A stretch of 64,000 nt of DNA from Octopus sinensis. Taxonomy: Eukaryota. Numbering within the stretch: the stretch's first letter is position 1; each line of letters begins with the position of its first letter. The stretch lies in the NCBI RefSeq assembly GCF_006345805.1, contig NC_043009.1, positions 62,930,001 to 62,994,000 on the forward strand, in the 5' to 3' direction. This document shows, one piece after another, positions 46,913 through 59,308 of this stretch. The notes below the pieces were generated by a model. The model was not told the origin of the DNA. It worked only from the letters and a program-made list of their open reading frames with translations, and searched no databases. Both the position numbers and the translations under genes were made by a program.

Positions 46913-48187
46913 TTGCTGTGTGGTAAGTAGCTTGTTTACCAACCACATGGTTCCGGGTTCAGTCCCACTGCATGGCACCTTGGGCAAGTGTCTTCTACTA
47001 TAGCCTCGGGCCGACCAAAGCCTTGTGAGTGGATTTGGTAGACGGAGACTGAAAGAAGCCCGTCATATATATGTATATATATCTATGCGTTTGTGTGTCT
47101 GTGTTTGTCCCCCTAGCATTGCTTGACAACCGATGCTGGTGTGTTTATGTCCCTGTTACTTAGCGGTTCGGCAAAAGAGACCGATAGAATAAGTACTGGG
47201 CTTACAAAAGAATAAATCTCGGGGTCGAGTTGCTCGATTAAAGGCGGTGCTCCAGCATGGCCACAGTCAAATGACTGAAACAAGTAAAAGAGTATATGTA
47301 GTATGAAAGTAGAAGCCACATGAACAGAAAATGAAAATGGCCTTATAAATATGAGTGGTTTTAAATGAGAGTGGCTTTATCTGCAAAGGGTTACAATAAC
47401 ATACCGATTGAGGGCTGGAGGGTTGGTGGATTCTGCAAAATTAGTAGTGCTTTCTTGGCAAATTACATGAAGGCTCAGCTATAATTTTGGAAGTGAAGGT
47501 TTCAAGCTGTGTGATGCACAAAGATATCCTTGTTTTCTTGATTGTTGTCTTGTAGGTTTATGGTGGTAGGTAAACACCTCTCAGCTGGGGTTAATGGGTG
47601 ATTTCCTCCAGGTGTTGTAAACAATATTCCTTGCCAGTATAGATATAAGCATACAGTTTGAGGGTTTGGGGGTTGTGTAGGAGTAAGGTGCCTAGCTATA
47701 AAGGATCTGTCAGCTGCTCTGAAAATGGATTCAACATTGGATTGTTATTTTATTGTTTGCATTAGAACCGTATCATATCACAGGAGTGGCTGTGTGGTAA
47801 GTAGCTTGCTAACCAATCACATGGTTCCGGGTTCAGTCCCACTGTGTGGCATCTTGGGCAAGTGTCTTCTGCTATAGCCCCGGGCCGACCAATGCCTTGT
47901 GAGTGGATTTGGTAGACGGAAACTGAAAGAAGCCTGTCGTATATATGTATATATATTTATATGTATGTATGTGTGTGTGTGTTTGTGTGTCTGTGTTTGT
48001 CCCCCTAGCATTGCTTGACAACCGATGCTGGTGTGTTTACATCCCCGTCACTTAGCGGTTCGGCAAAAGAGACCGATACAATAAGTACTGGGCTTATAAA
48101 GAATAAGTCCCAGGGTCGATTTGCTCGACTAAAGGCGGTGCTCCAGCATGGCCGCAGTCAAATGACTGAGACAAGTAAAAGAGAGTA
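46913..48187 (+). mobile_element. Two SINE-A copies (46913-47293, 47780-48187)
   Basis: Both match consensus head and tail. Confidence 0.85.
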
Positions 48188-48689
48188 TACTCTTTAAATG
48201 GAATGATACAGGCTAAAATTAGTTGTGTTAGACTGAATAGAGAACATAGAAATGGTAGATGAGTCGATAAAGAACATGTGTATTGCTTATTGTGGTTTGT
48301 GTGTGCATTCACACACACACACATCTTTTACTTGTTTCAGTCATTAGACTGTGGCCATGCTGGGGCACCACCTTGAAGGATTTTTAGTCAAATGAATTGA
48401 CCCCAGTAATTATTTTTTTACTTTTTTAAGCCTGGTACTAATTCTGTTGGTTCTTTTACCAAACTGCTAAGTCACAGGAATGTAAACACACCAACACAAA
48501 CATGCATACATGATGACGGCCGTCCACTCATGACCGAGAAAGACCATTGCTGACCTTCAGGAACATTGTGCTCTCTAGGACTAATTTATATTTTGTATTT
48601 GTGGCTCTGTTGGTGGCTAATAAATCCCTGCTCTTGACAAACATACACAACTGCAAAGATTGCAAACCAAGCTTTCCCCATTCACTATA

Positions 48690-49250
48690 CCAGCAGTGTG
48701 CTTTCGAGCAACACGTTTAAGTTCTTCATGCAGAATACATGCTTTTTCAAAAGTGTTGACTTACTCCTTAACCTGCTTCCTCCATCTGTGGTGATGACAG
48801 GCATTGCTCTCCCAGTCAGTCTCCTGCATATCACAGGCCTTTAATGAGGACTTGACACAGTCCTTAAACTGCAGTCTTTGTTTCTGTCGGGGTCTCTTTA
48901 CACTATCAAGTTACCCGTATAGCATCTCTTTAGGATCCTGCTATCCTTCATTCTAATAAGGTGTCCAGTCCAATGTAGCTGGTGCTTGTGCACCATTACC
49001 TCAATACTCAAGATATCAGCTTTCCTCAGGACCTGTGTATCTGGAGTTTTTAAGGTCCAGCCAACATTCAGAATGTGTCTCAGACATCTCTGATGAAAGC
49101 ATTCAAGGACACTTACATGACGTTTGTAAAGGGTCCATGTCTCACATGAGTGATGTCAGTACACATATACGGTACACAGCAATTTGTGTTTGCCTTGTGA
49201 TGCCATACTGGGACCAAACACAAAACTGAAGAGACATGCCTACATACATC
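48690..49250 (-). mobile_element. Degenerate RTE (BovB-like) LINE ORF2 C-terminal fragment
   Basis: Frameshifted remnants of PKEMLYG-LDS, FKDCVKSSLKACDMQETDWES and TFEKARILHEELKR. Confidence 0.7.
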
Positions 49251-49319
49251 TCTTATGATAAAAGGCAGATTTTCTCTGCCTGTGACTATGTTTCTTTTTA
49301 ATACAATTGTACAATATAG

Positions 49320-49780
49320 AATTCTTCAATTGGAATTTACCTATGATTTTTTGAAGTAGATTCGATTGGGTCATGGCATATAAATTTTTTTCAATTTGAC
49401 CCACAATTAAGCAAAAATTCGAGAAAACTAAATATTTTACGATTTCCCTCTCTCATTTCAAGTGCTTCACTCCTTCTATTACCACACTTTCTCCTACTTT
49501 CTCTTTGCAAGTGTACCTTAAACCACTACTCAAAAAAAAATACAGAGGAAACAGAAACAAATAAATACATAACGATTTACTCCTCACACAATTTCTTCAA
49601 TTGGAATTTACCTATGATTTTTCGAAGTACATTCAATTGGGTCATGGCATATAAATTTCTTTCAATTTGACCCCCAATTAAGCAAAAATTCGAGAAAACT
49701 CAATATTTTACGATTTCCCTCTCTCACTTCAAATGCTTTACTCCTTCTATTACCACACTTTCTCCTACTTTCTCTTTACA
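49320..49780 (+). repeat. Local direct duplication (~185-bp segment, period ~271 bp)
   Basis: TTCTTCAATTGGAATTTACCTATGATTTT...CTCCTACTTTCTCTTT at 49322 and 49593. Confidence 0.8.
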
Positions 49781-50390
49781 CACATAGACACGCAAACATA
49801 TACATATATGACAGTGACAAACACAACGTTTCAAACAACTACATACAAACACTCAAACACACACACACACACACGTGTGTGTTTGTTATTAGTAAAAAAG
49901 GCGCCTAACACAATTCACTTTCTCATTCGAACACATTTGCAAACACACACCAACAATTCACTGACATATGGTGAGTAGATGCTAGCCACTCACATTATGA
50001 GTTACACTATTACACCAATTGTACTGGGACTGTTGTCTACTTACCGTTAGTTTTTAGTGTTGGAGAAACAAAACTTTCTCGAGAAATAACAAAAAAAAAC
50101 ACTCCTAGATTTCACAAAGGACTTTAAGAAACGATAGGAACTAAGTTCAGTTGAAGAAAAGAGACGGATTTAAGGAAATCAGATGGTCGAATTGCCATGA
50201 TAACTCAACAGAAAAGGTAAATTGGTTTTTAATTTACTTTCTGTGGCTAAGTTTTCGTAGTATTAATTTGCGAGCGTACTTCAGTTGTCAATTGTTGAAA
50301 GAAAGAAATTGTAAGCTAAGAAGGTGTGTGTGTGTGCATGCGTGTGTGTGTGTGTGTGTGTGTGAGTGTGTGTGTGAGTGTGTATGTGTG

Positions 50391-50423
<33 letters not shown>

Positions 50424-50544
50424 TGTGTAGGAAGTGAAGGATAAAAATATGGCAAGAAGTGGACAGATGTACATATATACATACATACATCCATACATAC
50501 ATACATGTGTGTGTGTATGTATGTGTATTAATGTGTGTGTGTTA

Positions 50545-50934
50545 TCTCTCTCTATATAAAGCTGAAGTTGTCTGTGTGCGCCAGGTTTCGTAGCCTTCAA
50601 CTAACACTATCTCCTCCGAGACCCTGCGGTGCAAGTTGACCAAAATTGAGAGTATGATAGAAGAAGGCTTGCTCTTCCTTCCGTAGAAGATAAAATTCAA
50701 ATCGGACCATGTTAACAGCAAAAATTATTTACATCAAAAAGGTGATTTTTTCTATGAAAATCCCTATTTTTATGATTTTTTCACTGCTGTGTCGCCACTT
50801 TTCGGTGTATTTCAACCAGAAAAATGTTCACTTGAAGAGAATAACAAGCTACATAATGCAAAATTTTTACTTTTCAAAAATTCCAATCCCAGCGGGTCGA
50901 AACAAACCCAAGAAACGCCAGGTGATACTGCTAG
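50545..50934 (+). mobile_element. Non-autonomous Helitron, family H1
   Basis: A|TC...hairpin-like CCAAGAAACGCCAGG...CTAG|T; homologous to 5345-5719. Confidence 0.85.
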
Positions 50935-51314
50935 TACACATATATATATACATATACATAAAAAAATTTGAACAAAATCGACTCCAACACTGGGACCAAA
51001 TTTTTGCAAGCATGATGGCACACTGGCAAGACACACTCCTCTAAATGGAAACCTTGCCTGTTGTTGTGATTTTGTGGCATGAAGCAAAGCAGGCCTTGCT
51101 GTCCACTCAAGAAAACACATAGTAAATGATCCACAAGCACTCAAGCAAACTGAGTCCTCAGCTTGTTTCATTTGCCAAAAGATTTGCAAGGCACCAGCAA
51201 GCCTCATGAGACACATTTGTATCTAAAGAACATGAAAGCTTTATTTTACTGAACTCTCATTTGTCATCCATGACAAGAAAATCCATCATATCATATATAT
51301 ATATATATATTACG

Positions 51315-51904
51315 CATAGGAGTGGCTGTGTGGTAAGTAGCATGCTTACGAACCACATGGTTCCGGGTTCAGTCCCACTGTGTGGCACCTTAGGCAAGTG
51401 TCTTCTACTATAGCCTCAGGCCGACTAAAGCCTTGTGAATGGATTTGGTAGACGGAAACTGAAAGAAGCCTGTTGTATATATGTATCTTTATATATATAA
51501 AACTGAGAATGTGTGTGTGTCTGTCTGTCTGTGTGTTTCCCTAAAACTTGAGAACTACACAACCAATTTCATTCAAATTTTACACATGCCTTACTTAGGG
51601 TCCATGTAGTTTCATGGGCAAAAAAATGTTCAACTTCTTGCCTAGGGCGAGCCCATAGCAACGGGTCTTTAATGCTAGTATATATATATGTATATGTGTG
51701 TTTGTGTGCCTGTGTTTGTCCCCACAACATCGCTTGACAACAGATGCTGGTGTGTTTACATCCCCCTAACTTAGCGGTTCAGCAAAAGAGACCGATAGAA
51801 TAAGTACTAAGCTTACAAAGAATAAGTCCTGGGGTTGATTTGCTCGACTAAAGGCAGTGCTCCAGCATGGCCACAGTTAAATGACTGAAACAAGTAAAAG
51901 AGTA
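51315..51904 (+). mobile_element. SINE-A split by a Helitron in its (TA)n linker
   Basis: 5' half ends about 51480; 3' half resumes at 51679. Confidence 0.85.
51486..51678 (+). mobile_element. Non-autonomous Helitron, family H2 (193 bp)
   Basis: A|TC start, internal (GTCT)n, 3' CCCATAGCAACGGG hairpin, CTAG|T. Confidence 0.8.
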
Positions 51905-52299
51905 TTGTATTATCCCTTTCTCAGTTTTGTCATCAATGTTGCCCTCTTCCTTTTTCATAGTTTGTAAAATATTGGGGTGCTTCAGAAGGGCTGAAATAGG
52001 TAAGAAAGGCCTGTGAACAACTGAGTCATCTAATGTAGTCTGTTTCACATTCCAATAACCTCTTGTTATTCAGTGAATTCAGTGTTCATGTATGGATAGA
52101 ATGGGACCATATGTGACGAGCCAAATTGTCAATCAACGTAGTTTAGGGAAGGAAAACTCAAATAGCATTCTGCTGCTAACTCTGTACACTGAGAAAGAAC
52201 TTGGTAATTCCCAAGCACACTCTTTCAACAAAAATATTGCTTCAAATCAACACTGGGATATTTTTTTTTTGTACTTGCTGAGTCTGGTGGGAGAGGCAA

Positions 52300-52790
52300 A
52301 AGCCATGTCCCCTGTAGGCCTCTGAGACTGGTGAGATTGATGTGATTAATGTTCTGGTTAAATTATTACAGGTCAATAACTGTAGGAAAGAAACGAATGG
52401 AGAACAGATTCCAGAAAGATGATTTTTTAGCATTGAATGAATAGGCATAGAGGTTAGAGCTGGGAAAGGTGGGTTTGGATGCTTCAAGGGTGCTGAGAGT
52501 GAGAGAAGCATGTGAGTTGGGGTGCCTGAGTGGTGGAGGTATGCAGACAGCCACCCCCAGGGAACAGAGACTGTTTTTGTAGAGACAGAAAGGACAGTGA
52601 GAGGAGACAACATGTCTGTAATTAAAGTGTGGAGTGTGTCTGTTGTGATGGAATGCCAATCAGATGAGTGGTCTTTTCTGGATACAATCCAGGATGTCAG
52701 TGTATGTAGCAGCACTGTCACAGATGGGAGAGTATTCCATTGTGGGCCACACTTGAACCTTGTAGAGTGTCGGCAGTTGTTGGGGACTGA
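52300..52790 (-). mobile_element. Degenerate LINE AP-endonuclease region
   Basis: IVSRKDHSSDW, LSTLEASKPTFPSSNLYAYSFNAK and IDL..FNQN remnants resemble CR1/Jockey-type APE; many lesions. Confidence 0.45.
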
Positions 52791-53065
52791 AACCAGCCAG
52801 GAGAAAGGCAAATTAAATGATGATGATAATGATGATGATGACGATACACATACATATATATCATCATCTAATCATCTTTTAATGTCTGTTTTTCATGCCG
52901 GAAAGTGTTGGACAGTTTGATAGGAATTGGTCCGTTTGAGGGCTTCCTGGGTTCCATTTGTCTTCTTTTTGGCATGAAGTGTCTTCTAATATAGCTCTGA
53001 GCCAACCAAAGTCTTGTGAGTGGATTTGGGAGACAGAACCTGAAAGAAGCCTCTGTGTGTATATA

Positions 53066-53116
<51 letters not shown>

Positions 53117-53554
53117 ATGCATGCATGTGTGTGTCTCCTTGCCTTGACATCTCGTGACAGTTGTAAGCAAGAAGTCATGTAAGAAGTATTCTATATTTCC
53201 AAACTTCTGTGAAGACAAGCCTGGTCAATAAAATATTATCTTACTTGGAAATAGGTGAGAGTTGGGGCTATAATAGAAGACACTTGCCCAAGACACTGCA
53301 CAGTGGAACAGAACTCAGGGCCATGTGGTTAAGAAGCAAGACTTCTTACCATACAGCCATGCCTATGTGACATAGATGGAATGAAATATTCAAATGTCTT
53401 TGACTGGAAATTGAAACTGGTTTGAAGTCTCGGCTTATTTGCAGCTTACATCTCTGCTCCACAACAGTCTACTCTAATATACATACAAGATATTGGTTTG
53501 AAATTTTGGCACAAGGTCAGCCATTTCAGAGGATGAGAAACTTGGTGACTGGCT

Positions 53555-53990
53555 TCCGTTGCTAGTGGAGCACTAAGAGTACCATACGAGTGAGATCGTT
53601 GCCAGAGCAACAAGCTGGCCTTCGTGTCGATGGCACGTTTAAGCACACCATTCGGGCGTGATCGTTACCGCGTCGCCTTACTAGCACTTGTGCTGGTGGC
53701 ACGTGAAACATTCGAGCGAGGTCGTCGCCAGTGCCGCTGGACTGGCTCCTGTGAAGGTGGCACATAAAAAAGCACCATTTGGACATGGCCGTTGCCAGTA
53801 CCACCAAACTCGCCCTCGTACCGGTGGCACGTAAAAGCATCCACTACACTCTCGGAGCGGTTGGCGTTAGGAAGGGCATCCAGCTGTAGGAACTCTGCCA
53901 GATCAGAATGGAGTCTGGTGCGCCAGACCTCAGTCAAATTGTCCAACCCATGCTTGCATGGAAAGCGGATGATAAATGATGATGATGATC
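53555..53990 (+). mobile_element. Family C element with about four diverged modules
   Basis: GGTGGCACGT modules, body and (GAT)n tail. Confidence 0.75.
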
Positions 53991-53994
53991 CTAA

Positions 53995-54775
53995 TGCTCA
54001 ACTGGTATTATTTTATTGACCCTGAAAGAATAAAGGGAAAAGTCCACCTTGGCAGAATTTGAACTCGGAACATAAAGATGGACGAAATGCCACAAAGCAT
54101 TTTGCCCAGTGAGCTAACGGTTCTGCCAGGTTGCCGTCTTAACACATACATGATATTGATACTTGAATAGTAGTAAATATGTATTTCTTTACTGCCCACA
54201 AGGGGCTAAACATAGAAGAGACAAACAAGGACAGACAAAGGGATTAAGTTGATTACATTGACCCCAATGCGAAACTGGTACTTTATTTATCGACCCCGAA
54301 AGGATGAAAGGCAAAGTCGACCTCGGCGGAATTTGAACTTAAAACGTAACAACAGACGAAATACCTATTTCTTTACTACCCACAAGGGGCTAAACACAGA
54401 GGGGACAAACAAGGGCAGACAAATGGATTAAGTCGATTAGATCGACTCCAGTGCGAAACTGGTACTTTATTTATCGATCCTGAAAGGATGAAAGGCAAAG
54501 TCGACCTCGGCGGAATTTGAACTTAAAACGTAACAACTACGAAATACCTATTTCTTTACTACCCACAAGGGGCTAAACACAGAGGGGACAAACAAGGACA
54601 GACAAAGGGATTAAGTCGATTATATCGACCTCAGTGCGAAACTTGTACTTTATTTATCGACCCCGAAAGGATGAAAGGCAAAGTCGATCTCGGCGGAATT
54701 TGAACTCAGAACGTAATGACAGACGAAATACCGCTAAGCATTTCGCCCGGCGCGCTAACGCTTCTGCCAGCTCGA
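53995..54775 (-). mobile_element. SINE-B concatemer (3 x ~183-bp units plus a flanking partial copy)
   Basis: Junctions GACGAAATACC|TATTTC near 54366 and 54549; a single head at 54775. Confidence 0.85.
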
Positions 54776-55568
54776 CACTGTATATATGTATAAATGTTTT
54801 CATAATTCTTCAGGTTCCCAAGATCCCCCCCTTCTTCTTCTCAAGTATCTGTTTCTCATGCTTCCCCCCAAAAGCCTGCTTTTTTCATAATTCAGGCAAC
54901 CTACACAGAGTATAAATGTGTTGATGCAATAATTTCACCTGCCATACGGTGGTATTACCTACATCCCCTAACAATATAGGTATTTCTAGTAGATTATCGT
55001 TGTAACATCTGTTCTCGAAGTACAAACTATAATGACATGCCAAAAGAAATCAAATTGAGTAAAACATTGAGTCAAACAATGTCAAGATTAATTTTCAGTT
55101 GTAACACTTTCCCATAAACAACATAACAAATCTCTATAATTCAAGAAATGGGGAAATATCTCATAACTGCTTTAGAATGAGTTTTGAAAAGAGAATAAAA
55201 AGATGAATGGTAAGTAAATGTAGCAGATAGACAGTTTTTTTTCAGTGCAAAGTGAAAAAAAGTAATTGAATAATGAGGTGGCAAAGTTGAAAAAAATCCC
55301 CCCCCACGAAGTGTTCTAGCAGAAATTCTTTAAGTTGATATATTAGTGAAAACTTTTACGGACTGCTTCCATCCGAAATGGAACTTCCAGTTGACATTTT
55401 GTTCAGTGTTTAAATATTTTTGTTGTTGTTGTTGTTGATGATGAAGAAAAAGCTGTGGTTAGTTTTACAGCTGCTGCTTTTAGTGCTATCCATCTCAATA
55501 TACACATGCATACATGCATGCATACATACATACATTTACATATATAAAATTTATATATAAACATATAC

Positions 55569-55611
<43 letters not shown>

Positions 55612-55974
55612 GTGTGTGTGTGTGTGTGTGTATGTATGTTTATATATATGTATGTGTGTGTGTGTGTGTATATATATATATGTATATATGCATGTATATA
55701 TATATACATACATTTATATACATATATATATATATACATATATAATATAACAATTTAGGAATGGCCTTAACAGGCCATTCGTCCACCAGAGAGAGCAGCC
55801 AGAACTCAAACCGCCAAGCAGTAGTAATTCAGAAATTAGGTGAAAATTTAAAAAGGCCGCTGGTAGCGATAAATTTCTATTGAATTTTTTGCTACCCTAA
55901 ATTGATTAAATATATACATATATATATATGCACACATATATATATATACATATATATATGCACACACACACATC

Positions 55975-55981
55975 ATCATCA

Positions 55982-56014
<33 letters not shown>

Positions 56015-56420
56015 GTTTAACGTCCGCTTTCCGCGCTAGCACGGGTTGGACGGTTCAACCGGGTCTGGGAAGCCAGGGGCCGCTCCAGACTCCAGTCTGA
56101 ATCTGGCAGAGTTTCTATGGCTGGATGCCCTTCCTAACGCCAACCACTCCGTGAGTGGATTGGGTGCTTTTTACGTGCCACCTGCACAGGGTCCGGCATC
56201 GGTCACGATCGGTTTGAGCTTTTAACGTGTCAGCGGCACGGGGGCAACGAGGTCCGGGGTACTTTGGGGATCGGGGTACTTTGGGGATCCAGGGTACTTT
56301 GGGGATCCGGGGTACTTAGAATGGGTAGGGGGTATGTGGAATTGCTGCAGAAAGCAGCTCGGGTCTTTGTAGTCACAGCATATCTCCAGAGATCTCGGTC
56401 CTTATATATATATATATATA
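55975..56420 (-). mobile_element. Family C element containing an 18-bp G-rich minisatellite (56254-56317)
   Basis: (CAT)n tail at the left; CCGGGGTACTTTGGGGAT repeated about 3.6 times. Confidence 0.75.
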
Positions 56421-56505
56421 TAATAATAAATATTAGGGAATAAATCCAAATTTACAGGGAAAAAAAATCAGATTTAGGATTAAATCCAATTTTATAGTAA
56501 AATAT

Positions 56506-56656
56506 TATAAAATATTATTAGAGACAAAACCACTATTTTGCAAAACAAACAAGGAAAGACTTATCAATACATAAAATTTTTTTGACTATTTATTAAAATT
56601 TTATGTATTAAGTCTTTCCTTGTTTGTTTTGCAAAATAGTGGTTTTGTCTCTAATA

Positions 56657-56666
<10 letters not shown>
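56506..56666. repeat. Near-perfect AT-rich palindrome (arms ~72-75 bp, 14-nt loop)
   Basis: 56506-56580 versus 56595-56666, one small indel; bounded by (TA)n. Confidence 0.9.
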
Positions 56667-56709
<43 letters not shown>

Positions 56710-56713
56710 ATAT

Positions 56714-56752
<39 letters not shown>

Positions 56753-56862
56753 TATACATATATATATGCACACAACAACCACACTATATATATATAAATT
56801 TATTATCATAATGAGATAAAAAACCAAGGCTGTGTAGATTTTAGAACATTTATAAATAGAAA

Positions 56863-56910
56863 GTCTTACAACTATTTCCAGGATATTTATTATATCCCTT
56901 CATCAGAGAC
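56863..56910 (-). ncRNA. Type I hammerhead-like motif, family R3
   Basis: GUCU-CUGAUGA-A-GGGAUAU(AAUAA)AUAUCCU-G-GAAA-UAGUUG-UA^AGAC. Confidence 0.55.
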
Positions 56911-57922
56911 AGTGTGAGAGGATGTTTAAGAAATAGTTAATTTAGATAAGATATGAAATAGAGAGTGTGGTGGAGGAAATAAAAGAAAATAGGTGTGAGA
57001 TATGCAGGGATATTGCATTTGTAGATCCATTTTTTTAAAGGCAGAATGGTATACATATAATATTCCAATACCTTTTGAGTAAAATCCAATAGAATTTTAA
57101 ATTGGTCATTCCAAGTTTAGAGTTTATACACAGTGTTATTGAATCCAGGATTGTGTTTAAAGTGACCTAAAAATAGGGAATGTATTAGTAGGGTCAAATC
57201 CAAAACAGGACCAGAGGAATGGAGAAAGAGAAAAAGAAGAGAAAAAATCAGAGAATAAGGAGAAGAAGGTAAGAAGAAAAATAACAAAATAATATAATAA
57301 AAAAATAAAAAAAAACAAGAAGAGAGGAATAAAGGAAAGAACAAAAAAAGAAAATGGAAAACAAAGATATAGATAAGGGAAAATGTACCATTTAGTGGTC
57401 AGTGGAGATAATTTGAAAGTAGGAGTGGAGAGATAAAGGGTGACAGAGAGAAAAAAGCATTAAAGTGTAAGAAGATAGAAGGAACGGGGGGGGGGGTAAT
57501 AAAAGGTAAAGGAGTGACAAATGTGTCCTGATAGAGTCTAAGTGATGGGGGCAGAGAGAGGGGTTAGTAGTAAAGAATGAAGAATTAAGGTTTGGCAGGT
57601 CAGTGCTTAGTAATATAAAAAAATATATATGAGAAGAGATATACATCATCATCATCATCATCATCATTTAGCGTCCGCTTTCCATGCTAGCATGGGTTGG
57701 ATGGTTCAATGTATATATTAGACTTGTATATATATATTTATACAGATGTTTATACACATCAATATCCACACATACAACTCTTAGTCGTATGTATATGCAC
57801 ACATGCACACCCACATATACGTATATCTGCATGTATTATCACCCCTGTATACGCAGGTATATATACCTTGCATACCTACATACATACACACATATATGCA
57901 TTCACCCATTCATATATATATA

Positions 57923-58155
57923 CAGGTTTGGCCAAATGTCACCTGACTGTAAATCAAAATTCCGTAAATGCTATCTTCAATTCTGTATTGACTCGAATGG
58001 AAAAATGTGTTGCTCAAGAAGGACTTCAGTTTCAACAATTTTCATAATGTTTCATATTTTGATGCTTTTATTAAATTCATTCAGTTATTAATCATAAATA
58101 AATCTTGGAATGAAATGGTTTTGATTTACTATCAGGTGACTTTTGATCAACGCTG
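57923..58155 (+). mobile_element. Tc1/mariner-type MITE with a transposase C-terminal remnant
   Basis: TA|CAGGTTTGGCCAAATGTCACCTGA ... TCAGGTGACTTTTGATCAACGCTG|TA; remnant RMEKCVAQEGLQFQQF*. Confidence 0.75.
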
Positions 58156-58214
<59 letters not shown>

Positions 58215-58487
58215 GTATAATATGTGACAATTATTCGGTAGCCATGATAAAACTCCGAGTTTCAGATGTTGGGGCGGAAACCCATGCCGCCATCTCTTCA
58301 GTTATCTGGCCATCGAAAAAATGTAATTTACTATTTTTATCCATCTCAAATGCTTAATAAGCCCCAACATTCAAAACTTGGAGTTTTATCATGGCTACTG
58401 AATAATTATCACATTAATTTTACAGATAAATTCCTCTATTTACATAATATTGAGGTCTCTTTCATTCTTTTGTTGTCTTACCATTCC

Positions 58488-58550
<63 letters not shown>

Positions 58551-58551
<1 letters not shown>

Positions 58552-58727
58552 AAAAGCACCCACTACACTCACGGAGTGGTTGGCGTTAGGAAGGGCATCC
58601 AGCTGTAGAAACATTGCCAGATAAGACTGGAGCCTGGTGCAGCCTTCTGGCTTCCCAGATCCCCGGTTGAACCGTCCAACCCATGCTAGCATGGAGAACG
58701 GACGTTAAACGATGATGATGATGATGA

Positions 58728-58732
<5 letters not shown>
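58551..58732 (+). mobile_element. Family C element (5'-truncated, near-consensus)
   Basis: Body plus (GAT)n tail, embedded in (TA)n. Confidence 0.8.
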
Positions 58733-58762
<30 letters not shown>

Positions 58763-58833
58763 AGAGTAAACACATAAATGTGAAACAAGGTGGAAAAAAA
58801 GAGTACTCAAATACCAGTGGTAGAGTAATATGC

Positions 58834-58935
58834 TTTATTTAAAGCAGCAGAAAATTCAACAAAAACTGTCCGACGAACGGGAACGTGAAACTCAAAGTAA
58901 CAGGTTTTGTTGAATTTTCTGCTGCTTTAAATAAG
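58834..58935 (+). ncRNA. Type I hammerhead-like ribozyme, U4C core variant, with a ~35-bp stem I (family R4)
   Basis: CUGU-CCGACGA-ACG(GGAA)CGU-GAAA-CU(CAA)AG-UA^ACAG; stem I continues as the inverted repeat 58834-58869 / 58900-58935 with one mismatch and one terminal wobble. Confidence 0.62.
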
Positions 58936-59020
<85 letters not shown>

Positions 59021-59022
59021 AT

Positions 59023-59143
<121 letters not shown>

Positions 59144-59270
59144 CAGGAAGCTTTATGAAAATAGACAAAAGACGAAGGCAGGTTTACGGAAATAAACAAA
59201 AGACGAAGGCAGGTGGAATACAAACAAACAATTGTATTAGTATGGCGCTCAGGAATATAAATAAAACAAG

Positions 59271-59308
59271 TCTTTTACGTTTCGAGCCTACGCTCTTCAA
59301 CAGAAAGA
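59271..59308 (-). ncRNA. Minimal hammerhead-like motif, family R1, second copy
   Basis: All 38 nt are identical to 20225-20262. Confidence 0.6.

Noticed and set aside
47400-47740. Possible Penelope coding remnant on the minus strand
   Set aside because: Only vague compositional resemblance; no diagnostic RT or GIY-YIG motif could be read.
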